This document shows positions 59,138 to 64,000 of a stretch of DNA of 64,000 bases, piece after piece. Location: positions 1,152,001 through 1,216,000 of the forward strand of contig CBDCWI010000002.1 in the NCBI GenBank assembly GCA_965223325.1. Reading direction: 5' to 3'. The position numbers were made by a program, and so were the translations under genes. This stretch comes from Candidatus Multivoradales bacterium. GTDB lineage: Bacteria; Acidobacteriota; Thermoanaerobaculia; Multivoradales; Multivoraceae. The notes under the pieces were generated by a model. The model saw only the letters and a program-made list of their open reading frames with translations, was not told the origin of the DNA and searched no databases. Each line of letters begins with the position of its first letter. Position 1 is the stretch's first letter.

Positions 59138-60190
59138 ATGCCAGACATCATCAAGAACGCCCTGCCAGCGCTCTTCGACAACATCCCCCTCCTCCCCGAA
59201 CAGGCATCGACCGTGGCCGGAGAAGTGGACCTCCTGATGATCGCGTGGACCCTGGTCTCGTTCGTTTCGGGCACCACCGTGGTTGCGGTCATCCTGTTCA
59301 TGATGTTCCACTATCGCCGCCGTTCCACCACCGAGACCGGTGGCCCCGAGTTTCACAACCCGATGATCGAAATCATCTCGATGGCGATTCCCTTCGTCGT
59401 CTGCATGGTGATGTTCACCTGGGGCGCCAAGGTCTTTGTCGATCTGAAGCAACCGCCGGCCGACGCGGTGGAGTACTTCGCCTTCGGCAAGCAGTGGATG
59501 TGGAAGTACCAGCACCCCAACGGCAAGCGCCAGATCAACGACCTGACGATCCCGATCAACACCCCGATCAAGGTCACCATGACCTCAGAAGACGTCGTGC
59601 ACGCGTTCTTCGTGCCAGACTTCCGGGTCAAGCAGGACGCCTTCCCAGGCATGTACACAACGGTCTGGTTCGAGGCCACCAAACTCGGTGACTACCATAT
59701 GTTCTGCGCCGAGTACTGCGGCACCGACCACGCCGGCATGGGCGGCACCGTTCACGTCGTGAGCGAGGCCGACTATCAGAACTGGCTGCTCGACGATGAG
59801 CTGAGCCCCGCGCCTTCGACATCGGGTGAACAGCTCTTTACCTCGCTCGCCTGCACCACCTGCCACACCGGTGAAGATTCAGGCCGCGGCCCGGCGCTGC
59901 ACGGCGTTGCCGGCAGCCAGATCGCGCTCGCGAATGGCGAAACCGTTGTCGCCGATGACGCCTTCCTCCGCCAGTCGATCGTCGAGCCGCGCGCTCATGT
60001 GCGAGCCGGTTTCACCGAGCTCATGCCGACCTACCAGGGGCAGGTCACCGAGGAGCAACTCTTCCAGCTGGTCGACTACATCAAGTCCCTAGAAGCACCG
60101 CCCGACACGCTGGCCGACGACCGTGAAGCTGTGACCGTCGCCCCATCCGAAGATCGCACCCCCAACCCCGCCGTCCTTTCTGGAGGCTGA
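59138..60190 (+). CDS. coxB: Cytochrome c oxidase subunit II with fused cytochrome c (caa3 type)
   Basis: [23 protein letters not shown] CuA motif, CTTCH; start 59138 or 59123. Confidence 0.96.
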   Translation: MPDIIKNALPALFDNIPLLPEQASTVAGEVDLLMIAWTLVSFVSGTTVVAVILFMMFHYRRRSTTETGGPEFHNPMIEIISMAIPFVVCMVMFTWGAKVFVDLKQPPADAVEYFAFGKQWMWKYQHPNGKRQINDLTIPINTPIKVTMTSEDVVHAFFVPDFRVKQDAFPGMYTTVWFEATKLGDYHMFCAEYCGTDHAGMGGTVHVVSEADYQNWLLDDELSPAPSTSGEQLFTSLACTTCHTGEDSGRGPALHGVAGSQIALANGETVVADDAFLRQSIVEPRAHVRAGFTELMPTYQGQVTEEQLFQLVDYIKSLEAPPDTLADDREAVTVAPSEDRTPNPAVLSGG

Positions 60191-60195
60191 TCGTT

Positions 60196-61851
60196 ATGTC
60201 GACTGCAGCAAGTACCCCAAGGGTTCACTACCTGAACCACGACTTCAGCATCCGCTCGTGGATGCTGTCAATCGACCACAAGCGGATCGCGTGGCTCTAC
60301 CTGGTCACGATCTCGATCTTCTTCGCGATCGGCGGCCTCTTCGCGATGATGGTGCGACTCGAACTGCTCACCGCACAGGGCGATCTCATGAGCGCCGACA
60401 CCTACAACCGGATGTTCACCCAGCACGGTGTGGTGATGATCTTCCTGTTCCTGATCCCGGCGACGCCGGCGGTGATGGGCAACTTCTTGTTGCCGCTCAT
60501 GATCGGGACGGTCGACGTCGCGTTTCCCAAGATCAACCTGCTGAGTTACTACGTCTTCCTCACGGGCGCCATCATCCTGACCGCTGCGATCGTGACCGGC
60601 GGTGTCGACACCGGTTGGACCTTCTACACGCCGCTTTCGTCGACCTACTCGAACTCGGCGGTGATGTTAGGCACGTTTGGCGCGTTCATCACCGGGTTCT
60701 CATCGATTCTGACCGGGGTCAACTTCCTGGTCACCGTTCACAAGATGAGGGCCCCCGGTCTCAACTGGTTCAAGTTGCCACTCTTCGTCTGGTCGATCTA
60801 TGCCACCAGCTTGATCTTCGTCCTCGGCACGCCGGTGGTCGCGATCACCCTCCTCATGCTCTTCGTCGAGCGTGCATTCGGTCTCGGTATCTTCGATCCG
60901 GCGCTGGGCGGCGACCCGATCCTCTTCCAGCATCTCTTCTGGTTCTACTCGCATCCGGCGGTCTACATCATGATCCTGCCGGCGTTCGGCGTGATGTCGG
61001 AAGTCATCACCGCGTTCTCGCGCAAGCGCATCTTCGGCTACTCGTTCGTCGCCTTCTCGAGCGTCGGTATCGCGATTCTCGGCTTCCTGGTGTGGGCGCA
61101 TCACATGTTCACCACCGGTATGTCGGTCTACGCAGCAACGGTGTTCTCGGCGATCACAATGCTGATTGCGGTTCCCACCGCGGTGAAGGTGATCAACTGG
61201 ACGACGACGATGTACCAGGGTTCTGTGTCCTGGGAAACCCCGATGCTCTACGCCGCGGGTTTCCTCGGCCTGTTCCTGATCGGCGGTCTGACCGGCGTCA
61301 TGCTGGCCACTCTCGGCCTCGATGTGCACGTGCACGACACCTACTTCGTCGTTGCGCACTTCCACTACGTGATGGTTGGAGGTGCCATCATGGGCTTCCT
61401 GGCGGCGATCCATTTCTGGTGGCCGAAGATGACCGGTCGCATGTATCCGGCCGGCGTCTCGAAGCTCTCAGCGTTGTTCATCTTTGCCGGCTTCAACCTG
61501 ACGTTCTTCCCGCAGTTCCTACTCGGCTATATGGGAATGCCGCGCCGCTACCACTCCTATCCCGAGGAGTTCGAGGCGCTCAACATCCTGTCGTCGGCCG
61601 GCTCCAGCGTGCTGGGTGTCGGGTACCTGCTGCCCGTCATCTACTTCGGTTGGTCGCTCATCTGGGGCGCTCGCGCACCGTCCAACCCCTGGGGCGCGGT
61701 TGGCCTGGAATGGCAGACCACTTCGCCCCCGCCGGTTCTCAACTTCCACCAAAAGCCCGTGATCACCGAGGCCTACGACTACGACGGCGACATCTACCGA
61801 GATGAGCTCGAGCGTTTGTCCAGGATTCCCGAGGAGGCTCCCGTTGTCTAA
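60196..61851 (+). CDS. coxA: Cytochrome c oxidase subunit I, type A2
   Basis: [19 protein letters not shown] (YS motif of A2 oxidases), [23 protein letters not shown]. Confidence 0.97.
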   Translation: MSTAASTPRVHYLNHDFSIRSWMLSIDHKRIAWLYLVTISIFFAIGGLFAMMVRLELLTAQGDLMSADTYNRMFTQHGVVMIFLFLIPATPAVMGNFLLPLMIGTVDVAFPKINLLSYYVFLTGAIILTAAIVTGGVDTGWTFYTPLSSTYSNSAVMLGTFGAFITGFSSILTGVNFLVTVHKMRAPGLNWFKLPLFVWSIYATSLIFVLGTPVVAITLLMLFVERAFGLGIFDPALGGDPILFQHLFWFYSHPAVYIMILPAFGVMSEVITAFSRKRIFGYSFVAFSSVGIAILGFLVWAHHMFTTGMSVYAATVFSAITMLIAVPTAVKVINWTTTMYQGSVSWETPMLYAAGFLGLFLIGGLTGVMLATLGLDVHVHDTYFVVAHFHYVMVGGAIMGFLAAIHFWWPKMTGRMYPAGVSKLSALFIFAGFNLTFFPQFLLGYMGMPRRYHSYPEEFEALNILSSAGSSVLGVGYLLPVIYFGWSLIWGARAPSNPWGAVGLEWQTTSPPPVLNFHQKPVITEAYDYDGDIYRDELERLSRIPEEAPVV

Positions 61852-62566
61852 CGCAGCTCACGACGACGCGCATTCGACCCTTGCGCATCATTTCGAGAAC
61901 TACGACCAGCAGCGCGAGGCTGCCTCCCTGGGAATGTGGTTCTTCATGGCCCAGGAGATTCTCTTCTTCGGAGGTGTCTTCCTCCTCTACATGATCTATC
62001 GGATCAGCAACGCCAAGGCATTCGCTCTGGCGAGTTCCGAGTTGGACGTCAAATGGGGTTTCATCAACACCCTCGTGCTGATCGCCAGCTCGGTCACCAT
62101 GGCCCTGGCCGTCAAGCAGGCCCAACTGGGCAAGCGCAAGGCGCTTTGTCTCTTCTTGATCTTCACGATCCTGTTCGGGTTCGTGTTCCTCGGTATCAAG
62201 TACATCGAGTACAGCGCCAAGTTCGAGCACAACACCGTACCGGGACCGTCTTTCGAGTTCCATCCCGATCCAGCCGACGTCGAAAGGCTCGGGCTGACGG
62301 CCGAGGAGCTGGTCAACCTCGAGAGTCGCGCCGAGATGTTCTTTTCGGTCTACTTCATGATGACCGGCCTGCATGCGGTGCACATGATCATCGGCATCGG
62401 CATTGGCATTTGGCTGCTTTTCCCCTCCTGGGCCGGCAAGTTCAACCTCGACTACCACAACCCGATCGAGAACTTCGGGCTCTACTGGCATTTCGTCGAT
62501 CTGGTCTGGATCTTCCTTTTCCCGCTCCTCTACCTTCTGGGGCGCAACATTCACGCCGGCGGCTGA
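61844..62566 (+). CDS. coxC: Cytochrome c oxidase subunit III
   Basis: [50 protein letters not shown]; TTG 61844 after GAGGAGG. Confidence 0.95.
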   Translation: MSNAAHDDAHSTLAHHFENYDQQREAASLGMWFFMAQEILFFGGVFLLYMIYRISNAKAFALASSELDVKWGFINTLVLIASSVTMALAVKQAQLGKRKALCLFLIFTILFGFVFLGIKYIEYSAKFEHNTVPGPSFEFHPDPADVERLGLTAEELVNLESRAEMFFSVYFMMTGLHAVHMIIGIGIGIWLLFPSWAGKFNLDYHNPIENFGLYWHFVDLVWIFLFPLLYLLGRNIHAGG

Positions 62567-62581
62567 GGAGGCTCTTCGCTC

Positions 62582-62989
62582 ATGTCTGACAGCACACACG
62601 CAGCCACCCACGACGACGGGCACCACCCGGTGCACATCTCTCCAGATTGGATGTACCTGGCGGTGTTTGCCGCCCTTGCCGTGCTTACGGTGCTCACCTG
62701 GTGGGTCGCCCAGTTCGACTACGGGGTCTTCAACGACTTCATCGCCCTGGGTATCGCATGTACCAAGGCAACGCTCGTCGTGCTCTTCTTCATGCACGTC
62801 AAGTACGCCGGCAAACTCACCCAGATGATCGTTGTCTGCGCGATCCTGTGGGTCGCCATCATGTTCGCGCTCACCCTGATCGACTACTTGTCACGCTCGA
62901 GTGACATCGTGCCGCGGGTCGTGCCAGTACCCTCATCGATCGATTGGGAAGCGCCAGCGCCCGAACCGGCGCCTGGCGACGCCCACTGA
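62582..62989 (+). CDS. coxD: Cytochrome c oxidase subunit IV
   Basis: Three TM; IACTKATLVVLFFMHVKY motif. Confidence 0.92.
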   Translation: MSDSTHAATHDDGHHPVHISPDWMYLAVFAALAVLTVLTWWVAQFDYGVFNDFIALGIACTKATLVVLFFMHVKYAGKLTQMIVVCAILWVAIMFALTLIDYLSRSSDIVPRVVPVPSSIDWEAPAPEPAPGDAH

Positions 62990-63023
62990 CGGTGAAATCA
63001 CTCGGGCGACCCTGAGTACTTCC

Positions 63024-63050
63024 AAGGGCCGGTTTTCACCGGCCCTTCTT
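63024..63050 (+). terminator. Probable intrinsic terminator of the act-cox operon
   Basis: AAGGGCCGGT-TTTC-ACCGGCCCTT followed by CTT; short U tract. Confidence 0.7.
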
Positions 63051-63095
63051 GATGGCTCCTTCATGGCTCACTCGGCAACCGCCGGAGCGACCGCG

Positions 63096-64000
63096 ATGAC
63101 CGAAACTGCGCCCCCTTGCGACCCCGGGCACACCCACGACGACGCCGTCACCTTCGTGCTCGCCCTGGGACCGGCTCTGCACGAGCACGGCGCACCAGCG
63201 CACCGCGTCGAGAGCGCACTCGAAGAAGTAGCCCAGGCACTCGGCCTCGAGGCGACCTTCCTTTCAACGCCAACCTCCTTGATCTCGAGCTTCAAGGGCG
63301 CCAGTCCGGGAGGAGCCAGTCCGGGCGCGGCCAGCCCGCTCAACGAGAGCACCCACCTGGCACGACTCGAGCCAGCCGAGCCCGATCTCGGCAAACTCTC
63401 CGATCTCGACGCCCTGGCGCGAAGAGTGGTCACGGGCGCGACCGACCCCCGGCAGGGATCGCAGGCGATCGTGGAGGTGGTGTCGAAGCCCGTCCTGTGG
63501 AACGGCGGCTGGCGAACCCTGGGTTTCCTGCTCGCCTCGGCTTCCGCAGCGCGAGTCTTTGGCGGCGGCGGCAGCGAGGTGATCGCCGCTGGCCTCGGCG
63601 GCATTCAGGTGGGTCTCCTGGCCTTTGCCGCCGAGCGCTCAGCTGTTCTGGCGCGACTGTGGGGAGCGACCGGGGCCTTTCTGGTCGCGACCCTGGCAAC
63701 CTACGCCGCAAGTGTCTTTGCTCTCGAGCCGTCGGTCGTGATTGTCTCGGCGCTCATTGTTCTTGTCCCCGGCCTCACCCTGACCGTCAGTGCGACAGAA
63801 CTGGCGCAGGGCAGTCTGGTCTCGGGAACCTCACGGCTGGCCGGAGGTCTGCTCGCCCTCCTCCTGATGGGTTTTGGCGCTTTCCTGGGGACCCGGGCCG
63901 GCCGGCTGGTCATCCGCGCAACCGACGGAGCGGTAGAGTTTCACCCGGGCATGGGTGGCGGCGCCGATCTCCCGGCTTGGACGATGGTCGCAGCCGTCTT
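63096..64000 (+). CDS. ThrE-family threonine/serine exporter (3' end beyond window; absent from the ORF track)
   Basis: Manual translation: MTETAPP...FVLALGPALHEHGAPAHRVESAL...FLSTPTSLI...LIVLVPGLTLT...ELAQGSLVSG. Confidence 0.88.
   Translation, partial: MTETAPPCDPGHTHDDAVTFVLALGPALHEHGAPAHRVESALEEVAQALGLEATFLSTPTSLISSFKGASPGGASPGAASPLNESTHLARLEPAEPDLGKLSDLDALARRVVTGATDPRQGSQAIVEVVSKPVLWNGGWRTLGFLLASASAARVFGGGGSEVIAAGLGGIQVGLLAFAAERSAVLARLWGATGAFLVATLATYAASVFALEPSVVIVSALIVLVPGLTLTVSATELAQGSLVSGTSRLAGGLLALLLMGFGAFLGTRAGRLVIRATDGAVEFHPGMGGGADLPAWTMVAAV

Noticed and set aside
49711-62989. ACIII-caa3 cluster as a novel system
   Set aside because: Well described gene set (Rhodothermus, Flavobacterium, Chloroflexus types); only its regulatory details are flagged.

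Overview
GC-rich bacterial chromosomal window. The gene content suggests Acidobacteriota, class Thermoanaerobaculia (inference from two lineage-typical C-terminal protein tags). The right end holds a complete alternative complex III (actABCDEFG) + SCO + type A2 caa3 oxidase operon behind a perfect Rex-type operator that overlaps a sigma70-like promoter. The rest includes an AddAB-like helicase-nuclease pair with addA split by a -1 frameshift at G GGA AAA, a SigX/CrfX/CmpX-like ECF module, three GGDEF proteins, a MacAB-like ABC exporter, serC, AbgT, an MBOAT/SGNH acetylation pair and an apparently circularly permuted PA-domain zinc peptidase. The strongest unexplained signal is a family of CTAG-bounded inverted-repeat elements sitting directly behind stop codons: a ~3.9 x 256-bp tandem array at 4.9-5.9 kb, a diverged relative at 39.55-39.95 kb with compensatory base-pair changes, and an unrelated 166-bp MITE at 7.7 kb. 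No transposase, CRISPR, tRNA or rRNA was recognised. All family calls come from motif recognition by eye; no searches were run.
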